NCBI RefSeq assembly: GCF_018350175.1
Contig: NC_058368.1
Coordinates: 68,264,001-68,328,000 of the forward strand
Direction of reading: 5' to 3'
DNA length: 64,000 bases
From: Felis catus
Taxonomy: Eukaryota
Shown: one piece after another, positions 51,301-64,000 of the stretch
Layout: each line of letters begins with the position of its first letter
How positions within the stretch are numbered: the first letter of the stretch is position 1
Program-made: the position numbers and the translations under genes
Notes under the pieces: model-generated
The model's database searches: none
What the model saw: only the letters and a program-made list of their open reading frames with translations
What the model was told of the DNA's origin: nothing

Positions 51301-52267
51301 GTGTGATTCTTTCATTCAAACAATACAATGGAAATGTAAGTGATTCTACAGGGAAAAAAGAACAGAAATAGAAACCAAGCCTGTGCAAACTGAATCAAAT
51401 GAGATTTTTAAAAACAGTAAATCTTCAAAGCTTATTTTCAGAAGAAATTGTCTTCAAAATGACTCCTACCGAGTAACATAAAATGAAAATCCATTTGAGG
51501 ATATAAAAAGGATGCTCCAGCTTTCCTTGTTCGGTGCCACAACTTTACTATTGTGAAATGTCATCTTTTTCTGTGCTAAATTTTCTTGGCCTTTTTTTGG
51601 TGTGATGTTAATGGGATATTTTCAAAATTCCACATCTGTCCCAAGCTACAAAGAAGCATTTATAACCCTAAGCTTGCAGGCTTGCTTGTTATAGGAGTTT
51701 TAAATATGGACTCTAAATATTCTACATCTTTCAAAACCATTGATCGCCATTGATCAAATAGGACTAAACTGCTTTTGAGTCTCTTTGGATCCCTTGCATA
51801 AATACATATTGAGGGACTGTTTTAAATGTCCATTAGATCTTAACATTTCTCTTTAGAGCCATTACCATCTATCATATGACTGTAAATATAGATTCAGCGA
51901 TGTTTAAAACACACATTATTTACCTGGCAAGGCTTAATGGTTCCAAAAGATGCATTAGAGCCCATTTATAACTCCTCTCCAAGAATAGATCCTGAACACC
52001 TCCCATATATGAATTTTATTTTATACCAAGGGAGGAGATAATGCTACTGGGTAATTTATCCAATGTTTTAAATAAAATATATTTTTCCAGGGCATGTGCG
52101 TTCAACAATTTTGTGACTCTTTGTAAAAATAATTTGCTTTGAGCGGTGCTTTGGTAGAAGCAGTCATCCATGGTTTTATTGAAAGCACTTTTTTTCTTTT
52201 AATAGTGCTGCAAAAGAAAAATGAAAATTCTTTACCTTTATTTTGTCTTTAATTAAATCTTTTAAAA

Positions 52268-52930
52268 AATTTTTTTACTGAGGAATAGTTGGCACATGAT
52301 ATTGTATTAGTTTCAGGTGTACAACACAGTGCTTTGATACTTGTATGTATGACAAAGTGACCATAACTCTAGTTACCATTTGTCAACATACAAAATTATT
52401 GCAGTGCTATTGTGATATAAATATATATATATAAATTTATAATTATATATATATATATAAGTATACCTAAATATAATTTATGATTGTAATTATTCATAGT
52501 ATTATCTATGAATCTGTTTCTGTTTTGTCCTGTTTTGTCTTTTAGGTTCCACATATAAGTGAAATCATATGGCATTTGTCTTTGTCTGACTTGTTTCACT
52601 TAGCATAATACCCTCTAGGTCTGTCCATGCTGTCACAACTGGCAAGATTCCATTCCTTTCTATGGCAGAGTAAGATTACATTGTGTATGTACCACGTATT
52701 CTTTATCCGTTCATCTATTGATGGACACTTAGGTTGCTTCCATATCTTGGTTATTGCAAATTATGCTGAGATGAACATAGGGTGTACATATCTTTTTGAA
52801 TTAGTGTTTTTGGGTTTTTTTTTGGATAAATAGCTAGAAGTAGAATTTCTGGATTGTATGTTAGTCCTATTTTTAAATTTTTGAGGAACTTCCATACTGT
52901 TTTTCATAGTGGCTCTACCAATTTACTCTC
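52268..52930 (-). mobile_element. L1 3' end (L1MA9-like)
   Basis: gtttcaggtgtacaacacagtg; ttccacatataagtgaaatcatatggcatttgtc; tttttgaggaacttccatactgttttt. Confidence 0.9.
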
Positions 52931-53015
52931 TGTCTTTAGAGTAAACATGATTAGATTTTCTGTTTTTATTAAAATTTATTATTTTGAAGTTTATTATGGT
53001 TAAAATAAATATTCC

Positions 53016-53534
53016 ATAGCAGCACTCTCAACAATAGCCAAATTATGGAAAGAGCCTAAATGTCCATCAACTGATGAATGGATAAAGAAATTGTGGTTTA
53101 TATACACAATGGAGTACTACGTGGCAATGAGAAGGAATGAAATCTGGCCCTTTGTAGCAACGTGGATGGAACTGGAGAGTGTGATGCTAAGTGAAATAAG
53201 CCATACAGAGAAAGACAGGTACCATATGTTTTCACTCTTATGTGGATCCTGAGAAACTTAACAGAAACCCATGGGGAAGGGGAAGGAAAAAAAAAAGAGG
53301 TTAGAGTGGGAGAGAGCCAAAGCATAAGAGACTCTTAAAAACTGAGAACAAACTGAGGGTTGATGGGGGGTGGGAGGGAGAGGAGGGTGGGTGATGGGTA
53401 TTGAGGAGGGCACCTTTTGGGATGAGCACTGGGTGTTGCATGGAAACCAATTTGACAATAAATTTCATATATTGAAAAAAATAAAAAATAAAATAAAATA
53501 AAATAAAATAAAATAAAATAAAATAAAATAAAAT
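53016..53534 (+). mobile_element. Young 5'-truncated felid L1 (L1_Fc-like) with (AAAAT)n tail and 15-bp TSD
   Basis: Near-identical reverse complement of 23245-23711; TSD aaaataaatattcca (53002-53016) / aaaataaaaattcca (53535-53549). Confidence 0.95.
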
Positions 53535-53549
53535 AAAATAAAAATTCCA

Positions 53550-54895
53550 GAACACCCAGTGATGAAACATGGTGATTACTGGAACAGCCTAGAGACCGCC
53601 TCCATATGTATGGAAACTTGGTAGGCAGGGCAGCATATAAACCAGTGGGGAAAGAATTGGGCTAGTCAGTAAGTGATGCTGGGATAATTGGTTACCCATG
53701 AGGATCAAATTAGACCCTTACCTTACACTGGGCCCTGAATAGCTCCTATGTGGATTAAAAAATTAAATGTGAAAATGAAAAACACTAAAATTTTTAGAAG
53801 AAAATAGAGACTATTTTGTGATCACTAGGTAGGGGGAGATTTACGGTAGAAAACCCCACAAAGTGAAAAGGAAAATATACATAAATAAGGCTATATTTAA
53901 GTGTGTAACATCTCTATAAAAATGTGTACCAAATGGAAAGACAATCTAGAAAACTATATTTGTAACGTATATTACAACAGAGTATTAATATCCTGAGTTT
54001 ATAGATATCGTCCACATATTACCAAGGAAAAACAAATAACAATTCAAAATTGGGTAAAGGGTAGGAGCAGAATAATCATAAAGGAGGAAATCCAGCAAAC
54101 GTACGAAAAGGCGCTTCCTCTTCTAGAATGGTCAGGTGAAGGCAGAATAACGCAAAGCAATGCCATTTTACCTAATCAAGTATGCAGACTTAAAAATGTG
54201 TGAGAATGCCAAGCGTTAGAGAGATTGTGAGGCCACAGGAACACTCACGCATTGCTGGTAGGAATTTTAATTGGCATCACTGACTTAGCTGTATGAATAA
54301 CGTTGAAGGTGTGCATTCCCAACACACTAGCAACTCATTGCCAACGTAGAACAACGTTTGCACATCTGTATTAATACACAACCAGATGGTTAAGGATACT
54401 CATAATTGTTTATAATAGTGATGATCTGGAAAGGGTCCAACTGTCCATTAATTGGAAGGATTAGCAAGTAAACTGTGGAGTAGTCATTAAATAGAAATAG
54501 CATTTTGCTAAATATACTAATGGCAAAAACAAACATTCCTGAATGAAATAGAGCTACGTATGTCAACTTGAATAAATTTCAAAGAAAGAATGTCAAAAGA
54601 AAAAATGGCAAACTGGTAATTTAAAGTTTAAAATCATGCAAAATAGTATTTAAGTGCTTTGGATTTATGTATATGAAGGGGAAAACAAAATATTCAAGGG
54701 GATGAAACACCGACTCCAAAGCTAGTCGTTAACTCTGGGGAGATTTTTTTTCTCTTCAACATTTTTCAAATTAGAAAAAAATCTGGAGCATATACAGGAA
54801 AATAGTAAATTTGATAAAGTTGGGTGTATTTGGATGTTTATTATGTCATTATCCTATCTTTGTTAAATTCTTGAAATATTTCCAATTAAAAATAA
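53550..54895 (+). mobile_element. Old L1 (L1ME-type) ORF2 3' portion and 3'UTR
   Basis: gatgctgggataattgg, ttagacccttaccttacac, ttttagaagaaaatagaga, acgcattgctggtagga and other degenerate L1 3' landmarks. Confidence 0.75.
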
Positions 54896-55876
54896 CTACA
54901 CAACATTTTCGTTCCTGACTCCCTTCCATTCCTTGTACCACTTCCCAGAGGCAACCCTTATTAACCACCTGTTTCTTCTAGCAGTAATTGCTCTATCTTT
55001 AGCTATTTACAGTAGAAATCCATCTAATTGAAACATTATCTGTTTCTCATGATGAAAGTGAATGATTGTATTCACTTATATTACTTCTTACCTTCCCTCG
55101 ACATGTTTTAAACATAGTTGTATTAAGATTTTATAAGTTCCCTTCTTGGTTGTATTGACTTTTAGGAAACACGACATACTTAAATCTTAATTTCTTGTTC
55201 TATCCGTTACAGATAGTGTTTCCTACTCCTCTGACTTCTTACTGTTTTCCTCCCTTTCCACCTGAGACTTTTTCTTTTGTGCTTTTACGTTATTCAGATT
55301 GATAGCATCTACATTCTGTTCTGTAATCGTAATTAAATCTTTTGTGCTTTGTCTCTGAGCTAATTCTAACAGATCACAATCAATAAGGAATATTTACATT
55401 ATTGTGATTATTTACAGTGATTTACGACAGATCCTAGCAGTGTATCATGATTTTATTACTTTTCTCATATCACTTTTTGCTTTTTCTAGAAATTTTAATT
55501 GCCTTTATTTCTTGAATTAGATACCATTATTATTTTCTAAATTGTTCAAATATCCCATAATATCAAGCATTCCATTCGAGAGGCTGATATGATTAGAGAA
55601 GAGTTTTTTTTGTTTGTTTGTTTTTTGTTTGTTTTAAGTAGAAGTGAATCTGGACAAAAAACTTAAATAGCCTACTAGTCTACCAAGAGTACAATGTAAA
55701 TTCTCTCTCTAGTAATAACCGAGAGGTTATATGTAATTGTTCTAGACTCACCACCAAATAGTCCTCCTAGTACATGTCATTAACTAATTCCAACTAATAT
55801 TTTAATTAATGCAAAGTGCCAGCAATGATGTCTGTCTATCGTCTATCTATCGATCTAACCTACCTCTCTGTTTATC

Positions 55877-56330
55877 TGTGTTAATTTTATGTTGCTACAT
55901 AAGAAATTATCGCAAACTTAGCTAATAACTCTAGTTCTGAAATATGGTTGACTTAGGTGGCTTCTCAGGTTCTCACAAGACCAAAATTAAGGTGTTAGCC
56001 ACACTGAAACTCTGAAAAAGAATCTGCTTCCAAACTCATTCAGATGGTTTTAGGAATGAAGTTGCATTTCTTTGCCAGCGGTTGCTGTCTGCTCCTGGAG
56101 GCCGCCAGTATTTCTGTTTCATGTGGCCCATTCCATCTTCAAATCTGACTTCTAAACTTCAGAGAGCAGAAGGCTCTCTGCTTTGAAGAGCTCCTGTGAT
56201 TAGATCAAGCCCATCTGGGGCTTTAATTACACGTGCAAAATCCCTTCTAAGCAGCACCTGGATTAGTGCTTGACTGAAACAGGGTAGGAGAATCTTGGGG
56301 GTAGGAGTGTCTTTAGAATTTTGCCCACAA
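55877..56330 (-). mobile_element. MaLR LTR (MLT1-type)
   Basis: gttgctacataagaaattatcgcaaacttagc; gaatctgcttccaaactcattcag; ttagaattttgcccacaac. Confidence 0.72.
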
Positions 56331-58274
56331 CTCTGTCACCTTCCTTCCTTCACCTCCCTACCTATGTACCTACCTACCTAATCTCCCTATCATCCAGCAT
56401 CTACTTAGCCATCCGTGTCTCCAGATACATGCCCATCTGTATGCCGTTTTATTTGTTTTTGTTCCAGTGAGGACACAAGTTAGTTTTTGGACTTATAAAA
56501 GACAGCATGCAGTAAAAGAAAAGTGAAAAGGAAAAGAAACACACAGGGAAAGATAGCAAATGCCCTTGACTCCTCCGTCGGTGTAGGTACGTGGGCCAAG
56601 TAAAGGAGCAAACATCAACCACAAAGGTTGTATCTGAAAACATGCAGTCAAGAAAGAAGTATGCTTTTATAGAGTGGGGACACTTGTGTGGCAGGGCGTA
56701 TGATTCTGCTGTCCACCCGAATGAAGTGAGTCTCTGACAATGCATACGAGGGACTAGTGTTTAGGTAGGCAAATGGGGAGCGTGTAGGCCCTTCTATCAT
56801 TGACAGATTATGCACTCAGAGGGAACAGGTTCTGGGAAAAATAAAAGCATCTTGGTCCCAAGTAAGTGTGAAGTACCATGCTGCTATGCTTTTTCTGTTT
56901 TGTTTTGTTTTGTTTAATTTTTTATTACTAATCTTTTTTGGAAGTGTACCGCATACTATATGCTTTCATGTAGAGAGTGGCACTCACTCCACAGACCAGC
57001 CCTGGAGAGCCCGTCTTCTCATTCCTGTTATGCTGAGGTATAGGAAAGAAAGGGAGGAGGAAATGGAAATGTAACACGTATTACATGGCTATTGGCTCGT
57101 GAGTACTGTGCAAGGTGCCTTTCGTATTTAGTTTTGCTCATTCTCCACAACTCCATTTCACAGGTGGGGAAACCAACACCCAGAAATGAGACAGCACTTG
57201 CTCAGTGTCAAGCTAGCTAGGCTTGGACTTAACCCTGGCATGTGTCTCCAAGAACTTCTCTGATGGGAGGGCAGTGTGGGGATCCCAGAGAGGTGCTTTA
57301 GAGGTTCTACATATGTAGGGGAAATTTTCATTTTTTTAAATGTCTCATATAGCTGTATGTTACAAAAGATAATTAAAAATGCAATACACTCAGCAGTGTG
57401 ATATTCCACATTTTAACACACCGGGGTTCCCACATTGGACCTCCCCTGCCCTGCAAAATAAGTGATAATAACAAACGTGATCCACCCAGGGTCCCGTGTC
57501 TCAGGTTCCTCTCAGCAGTCCTTGGCATCGCTCTATTTCAAGCCTTTAATCCTGAGATTTCCTGAATCCCGAGTCTGGGTCAGCATCCCAGCTACCCTCA
57601 CATAGCACCTATTACAATGATTTTAAATAATAGTTCATGTAATTAATTTCGTTTAATGTCTATCTTCCCTGCCAGATTTAAATTGTACAAGGGTGACAAA
57701 GATAGTTTCTCACCACTGTATCTCTCGCAGTGACTTATTGAATCTATAAATAAGTGCCAGGTTAAATCATTTTTGTGCAGACCTCAGATCAAAGCTTTCC
57801 TTCCACCTCTATTTAATTGAAGAGCTCCCTGAGATTACAACACATGCTGTCATGCTGTTAAGGAACTGTTACCAACTGTGACTCCTTTCCAGCATGAATC
57901 AAAGTTTCTTTCTATATAGTGTGAAACCAACAACAATAACAACAACAACAAAAAATGGGAGGGGTGGCAAAAAATTGGATGTTGACTTCTGTAACTACCA
58001 ACTTCCAATCTGGGGGTTCACAAAAATAGCCGTATTGTTTGATGATTGACTATACAAAATAAAGATTATAAATTTGAAATTATGACACATATCTAGCTTC
58101 CTAAAATACCCTTTTAATCTGTTTTATATAGAGAGTGTAAGATTTCATCTGAAACAGAATTAAATAACTACTGATGTAACTTTCACAAAATAATGCTGGG
58201 TGCAGAAGAGGCCCTAATTGAAATCTGTTAAATAACAGAATGAATGAATGGAGGGATGAATGAATGCTCTATGG

Positions 58275-58651
58275 TGATAGGGACTGAATGTTTGTGTACC
58301 CTCTAAAATTCGCATGTTGAAACCCACCCCTCCCTAACGTGCTGCTATTGGAGGTGGAGACTTTGGGTCATTAGGGTAAGATGACACTGTGAGGGCGGAG
58401 CCCTCAGGAATGGGATGGTGCCTTTATGAGGGTCAGGAGAGCTTACTTCCTCCCTGCTCTCTGGCACGAAAGGATACAATAAGTCATCAGCCTGCAACCC
58501 AGAAGAGGCCCCGCACCAGACCTAACCATGCCTCTGATCTCGGACTTCCAGACTCCAAAACTGTGAGAAATAAATATTTCTGTGTTTTACAAGCCCCCCA
58601 CCCCACCCCGTCACAGTACTTTGTTATAGCGGCTCAAGCAGACTAAAGACA
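58275..58651 (+). mobile_element. MaLR solo LTR (MLT1A0-like)
   Basis: ggactgaatgtttgtgtaccctctaaaattcgcatgttgaaacc start; ttgttatagcggctcaagcagactaaagaca end. Confidence 0.88.
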
Positions 58652-58837
58652 TTTGGTAAATGCCTACATTCGCCGTTGCAGCTACTGTTTTCCACATTAT
58701 TCCTCACCATCCATGTTCCTCTTTTATTTTTTATCCCCTTCCCAGCTACATCTTTCCTTCAGTGATGAAGCTTTTTAAAGTTGTAGTAGATAGAGGTGCA
58801 TCTTTGGAGAGAAGCTTGTTCCTTTAGAAATAGCCTC

Positions 58838-59040
58838 TGGGCACCTGGGTGGCTCAGTCGGTTAAGCTTCAGACTTTGGCTCAGTTCATGATTTCATGGT
58901 TCGTGGGTTCGAGCCCCGCGTGGGGCTCTGTGCTGACAGCTCAGAGCCTGGGGCCCACTTCAGAATCTGTGTCTCCCTCTCTCTCTGTCCCTCCCCTGTT
59001 TGCACTCTGTCTCTCAAAAATAAATAAACGTTAATAAATT
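58838..59040 (+). mobile_element. CanSINE (SINEC_Fc-like) with 14-bp TSD
   Basis: TSD ttagaaatagcctc at 58824-58837 and 59046-59059. Confidence 0.95.
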
Positions 59041-59098
59041 TACCCTTAGAAATAGCCTCAATGTATATGTCATGCAAATTTCCTCTACAAAATCTTTA

Positions 59099-59318
59099 AA
59101 GGTTTATTGATTCATTTTGAGAGAGAGGGAGAGTGAACTAGGGAGAGGCAGAGAGGGAAGGAGAGAGGGAGAGCCCCAAGAAGGCCCTGTACCCCCAGAA
59201 CAGAGCTTGATGTGTGATGTGTGATGTTCGTGGGGCTCGAACCCACGAACTGCGAGATCATGACCTGAGCTGAAATCAAGAGTCGGACACATAACCAACT
59301 GAGCCACCCAGGTGCTCC
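59099..59318 (-). mobile_element. CanSINE with 14-bp TSD
   Basis: TSD ctacaaaatcttta at 59085-59098 and 59318-59331; ends gagccacccaggtgctcc. Confidence 0.94.
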
Positions 59319-61697
59319 TACAAAATCTTTACTTTAAAATGGCAACTAAGAAGCTCCTACTTCAAGAAGCCAGAAAATGTGAGACCAACACTTCTTCTTG
59401 GTTTAAAAACAACAGAAAAAGCAACAGAGACTCTTTTATTTTATGAGGGGTTTTTTTTTTTTTGGTAATGTTTGTGTTGTAACTTTTGAAATTATTAGGA
59501 TTTTCATAAATATTTGAACCCTGTGGAAATAATCTCATCAACATCCTATTTCTAGGTCTCTAAAGCAATTACAAGCTTGGAAGTGTTATTTTATTGTAAT
59601 AAAAAGGAGAGTTTTGGTGATAGGTGGTTTGTGGTTTATTAAAGCCAGCTTGCTTAGACTTTAAAATGAGTAATTGCCAGCATAATTACTGTTTTACATT
59701 ATGTGATCTGCACTCGGCTTTTCCAGTGAATCCAGCTTCCTACAGGTTTATGGTGCTCTTACTTGCCGGACTAAAGAAAACGTAGTTCAATAATGTAGCA
59801 CCTCTGCCATTACCTATAACTGTGACTCTACCTTCCACAAAGTTGTCTAGAGATTCTCTGAGTAAAGCCCAGAATAAGAGAACCCACAGATTCCTGGGTG
59901 CCTGACAGCCCAGTCTCCTAACACCCTCTGTCTTCCTTCTCTCCGTCTGCTGGGAAACCCGCATCTCTCTCTCTGGATTCAAGGGGGTGCCCTCCCATGC
60001 TTGCTGACCAGGTGCTGGTAAATTGCACGTGTGTGTCCTCACAGCACCAGAAGCCAACATGTGGGTTTGGCTCTCCTGTTCTTCCCCATTCTTCTTCCTT
60101 CCTATCTGACTCTTTAGGTCCCCTGACATTGGAGGCAGTGATAAAAGAAGCCACTCAGCTTCTGGAAGCATCCTAACTATCCTCTTCCTCTAAACGCCTA
60201 TAGTGTATATCAGTTCTAAGACCCTGTTGCCACTCATGACCTTCCTATAGAATTTGTCTTGTTCTTGTACTTTTATCTCCGAGAAATGGATTATAAGCTG
60301 CACAAGGCCATGGCTATTGTCTTCCCTTTTGTATTACTCATAGTAGCTACTTGCTTATAGTAGGTGATAATGAAATACAGAAAGGAGAGACTCTTAACTC
60401 TGCAGGCTGCTTCCGCTCGGTCTGAAGTCGCCCCAGGGAATCAAGCTGGGAGAGGCACGTGTGGGTTCTCCTTCTACTCCTGGGTTTGGTACTAGCTTTC
60501 TTTTTCTCTCTTGGAATTTATGGGGGGGGGTCAGGAAAAAAACTGAATGAACAGAGAGCTTTTTAATGACATGCTAGCAGTCTTCTGTGTTCGCTCGAAT
60601 GTCTTCTCAGGTGAGCTAACATACCTGCTTAGTTATGGTTATCCTCACCAATTGAGTCACTGATTGGCCCTGTTTTGTTTGTATTTCGACATCTTTTGCT
60701 TTTACCCTCATCCTGACATGGTAAAAAGGCACCGTGTATTGTCGACGGAAATTTCTTCTACTGATGAAAAGCAATATGGAAATAAATATTTTTCTCCTTT
60801 GGTTTATAATCCTCATATCTGGCTTGACCCCTGGCTCGTAAGATGATGACATAATGTGCCTGGTGGTATTTTGAAGTTTGCTGCTCACTTAGGAAATGGT
60901 GTTTTATGTCATTCATAGCGCACATTTAAGGGTGTCATTAAAAGAACAATTCACATCAGCACATCTTCCTGTTCTCTCTTCATTGCATATCTTTGTAAGA
61001 GCTCAATGAAAGTCTATGTAATGATAACCACTGCGGGAACTGAAGGAAAATCATACAATTTGTACAAAGACACATGGTGAGCAGATAGCGGAGACCTAGA
61101 AACTGTGAATTAACAAGCAGACTCTGCAGCAAAGTTTCAAATTCTTCAAAACCCTCCCATGCTGGTTGCCTCTGTACTGAGGCTAATGATAATTCCTCTT
61201 GTTGAAGAACAAGGTGTTTATGTGTTTTTATGGTGCATATCACCTGAGCGCGAGGTGCTTAGACATATTATTTTAGAACAGACACAGCATTTTTATATCT
61301 TTATCTACTTAATGTCCTCATATTTGCCTCTGCGGGTGATTTGTGTTCCAGTCAGGAGTCTTCGGGGATTAACCGCGCATAAAGTGTTGTGTCTGAGGAA
61401 GATTTTTCTATTGCCAAATTAAACCCAAGCTAATTAGAATGTTAGCGTAAATCACAATATTTGTCTAATAATAGTAATGTCTAAGAAATTTAGATTCAAG
61501 GCGAATTTATAGACACATTCTCTTTATGGAAGAAAACACACCTCAGGTACTGACTTACCGAGCTACAGACCAAGGAGTGCATCTGGTCACGGACTAATAA
61601 TACTACATTACACATCGATACGGGTTTCTCAAGTCCTCCCCATGCCCTTCCACACGCATCAGCTTAGTTGGTTTCCAGTTTGAGGAGGATCGTTGCA

Positions 61698-62005
61698 CAG
61701 TCTACGTGACCTTATCTGAATCCTTGGAGCCAGATATATTTCTTAAAAAGTTTGACTTGTAAGGGTAGGATTGTACATATACCATTTATTATGTGGCATC
61801 CAGGGCCGTGCACAGAAGTCCCTGTGGTCAAGCTCTCTGGTATTGTTGCGGGGAAGTTCCTGAATAGTCACACGAAGTAAGCTAAATAATAAAGTTAAAG
61901 ACTCGCGTTTCAGTTTAAATCAGGTTTTGCCAATAAATGATTTAGAGTGAAAATTGGTTTTGAGAGAGCGGGGATTTGGCACATAAGTACAGGATCATGA
62001 AGCTA
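61698..62005 (+). mobile_element. Ancient Tigger-family MITE (MamRep434-like)
   Basis: ccttatctgaatccttggagccagat start, gaatagtcacacgaagt, tcaggttttgccaataaatga and ggttttgagagagc resemble the remembered MamRep434 consensus. Confidence 0.6.
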
Positions 62006-62249
62006 TACAAAATATATGTCAAAGACCCAGGGTTTCACTAACAAAAGCCAAAGATGTTCCATCGGCATTGCTTATCAATTTCTTATTAAAAAACCAAAAT
62101 TGTCAATACCCTGCCCTGTTTTTTATAAAATGTTAATCATTCTAATGCTTGGGCCTCCTGCTTTCTTTTTGCATTTGCATTTGTATTCTCAAGCATCTTT
62201 ATCCTGGGATCATGACTCTTAAATTTCCCATTTTTAAAAGTGAAAGGAT

Positions 62250-62420
62250 ATATGCTTTAGAGCCAGACAGATCTAGATTTTAATCCTTTTGTGACTTTCT
62301 GAAATATACTTGAACCCTTGATACCTCATTTTATTCACCTCTAAAGTGGGAATACTAAGATTTATCTTGTAGGGTTTATGTGAGGATTAAAAGTATATAT
62401 GTATAAAAGTACTTAGCCTG
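62250..62420 (+). mobile_element. MIR
   Basis: gctttagagccagacagatctagattttaatcc...gtagggtttatgtgaggattaaa. Confidence 0.8.
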
Positions 62421-62428
62421 AAGGGGTT

Positions 62429-62925
62429 TGTGGCAAAGCAGCTAATTGTGTACCCGATTTCCCTGGTCTCTTTTTACCGAGTTGCAGAACCTTAATTTTT
62501 GAGCTGGTGCATAGCCACTCTAAAGGATGACTACATCTCCTAGCCTTCTTGCAGCTGGGTATGCCTGTGACGCACGGTCACTGGCAATGAAATGAAATGA
62601 AAGCAGAAGTTCTGGATGGCACCTGCCAGGAAACCTGAGGAAACAGTGGGTGTGTGTGCCCTTTGTTCTTTCCCCTTTGTTCCTTCCTCACAAGGTGCTC
62701 CAGCAGACATCCTTGGATCACGATGAGGACTCTCCCCTCCCTGGGGATGGTGTCACAACGAGAAGAAGACACCGGGCAGCTCAGAGCAGCTCTGGAGCTG
62801 GCCTTCCAGCCCTGTACTGCCGACTTCTGGATTTCCTTTAGGAGACAGAGAAGCCAAAGTCCATCTTGTTAGGCCACTGTTATTTTGGATATTCTGATGC
62901 TTACAGACGACCTGATTCTAACTGG
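62429..62925 (+). mobile_element. Old MaLR LTR (MLT1J-like)
   Basis: gactacatctcctagccttcttgcagctggg...cttgttaggccactgtattttgg. Confidence 0.65.
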
Positions 62926-63718
62926 CAAAGCTTTCAACAAATGTTGGCTCTCCTGAGCTGTCCTCACCATCTTCTTTTCACTGGTACCCATAAGACTCTC
63001 TTTGCAGGTCTTCCGAATCTTGACGTTGGGGCTTACTGGTTAATTTCTATGGTGCGTTCACAACCCGGCTGTGGGCACCTCCTCCCCATACCCTTTCCTG
63101 GCAGTGCTTTCTGCCTCTCCGCGCTTCAACACGATCTTGGCTTAACCGGCAGTCTGTTCTGTAAGGCATTTTCCATGACATTTCTGTTTTATCCTACTTT
63201 CATTTCCTCCAGCCTCTTAAAGAGCTTTTTAATGGTCTCATCTTAAATCCCTTTAATTCCTATTTTATGATTCTAAAACTCTTTTGATGTTTCATTGTGA
63301 AATACTTTATTAGCCTCCTTTTTTTGCCTCCTCTCTTCCAAGTTCTTCATCACATCTTTGCTGGCTTGCTTTCTTTTGTGGTCTTACTTTTACATTTTAG
63401 AAAAAGTTGTCTCTCCATTGCTTTATTCTCCTCTTGGGATTAGACTGGCTTCTTCCCAGAAGGCAGTACAGCTTCACAAACAAAGCTCATATATCCTTCA
63501 CAACACTCTGGAGAGATTAAAGCAATAAAACATAATGTGCACATTATATTAACCATTATGTACACTTAGAACACACACAATAGAAGTGTATATTGAATGG
63601 GTACGCAGAAATGTAGAAAAAGTGAGGAAAATGCACTGAGTAGATGCATATGAACTTTGATAGTGATAACTTCTGTAGAGGCAGGGAGAGAAATGGGGTC
63701 TTTGGTTATGTCTGTAAC

Positions 63719-64000
63719 TTTTTAAACACCTTTATTAGTATATAATTAGCATATGATAAACTCTACACATATAAAGTATACAACACAATCAATTTTCACG
63801 TATGTATGCACCATGAAACCACAATCAAGATAGTGAACCTATCCACCATCCCCCAAATTCTTGTTCCCTTTTGTAATTCCTTCTATTGGCTCCCCTTCTC
63901 ACCCTCATCCAGGCAAACACGGATCTACATCGGCTCTGTGCGTAGAGATGAGTTTTCATTTTTGAGAATGTTATGCAAATGAAATCATAAAATACATACT
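63719..64000 (-). mobile_element. L1 3' end (L1MB-type), runs off the window
   Basis: ctttattagtatataatt...accacaatcaagatagtgaacctatccaccatcccccaaa...atgcaaatgaaatcata. Confidence 0.8.

Noticed and set aside
6226..59318. tRNA-like A/B boxes
   Set aside because: All belong to tRNA-derived CanSINE heads, not tRNA genes
37271..63980. Several ATGCAAAT octamer motifs
   Set aside because: Count is compatible with chance in AT-rich DNA, and one lies within an L1
1..64000. CRISPR arrays, operons or a prokaryote-style novel system
   Set aside because: The sequence is mammalian non-coding DNA, with no regularly spaced repeat-spacer array or gene cluster

Overview
AT-rich, non-coding mammalian genomic DNA from a felid, most likely domestic cat. 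The evidence is ~14 tRNA-derived CanSINEs (one of the young SINEC_Fc type) and two near-identical young cat-type L1 3' ends. No protein-coding gene, processed pseudogene or structural RNA gene could be recognised. The ORFs that could be explained are SINE, L1, L2 or CR1 remnants or microsatellite read-through; the rest match nothing I recognise. Much of the window is layered transposon debris: L1M/L1MA, HAL1/L1 ORF1 relics, L2, MIR, CR1/L3, MaLR/ERVL LTRs and Tigger-type DNA transposons. The non-repeat signals of most interest are: (i) a compact NRF1/STAT/ETS promoter-like cassette with tandem splice donors at ~12.54-12.64 kb; (ii) a textbook TACTAAC branch point/polypyrimidine/CAG acceptor at 33.0 kb, which with (i) hints at a plus-strand spliced, probably non-coding transcript; (iii) a ~143-bp near-perfect fold-back with an extra inverted copy at 29.6-29.8 kb; (iv) a repeat-poor, homeodomain-motif-rich block at ~26.7-33.3 kb resembling enhancer territory. 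I found no convincing evidence of a novel multi-gene system. Repeat subfamily names come from memory of consensus sequences, and boundaries of old repeats are approximate.
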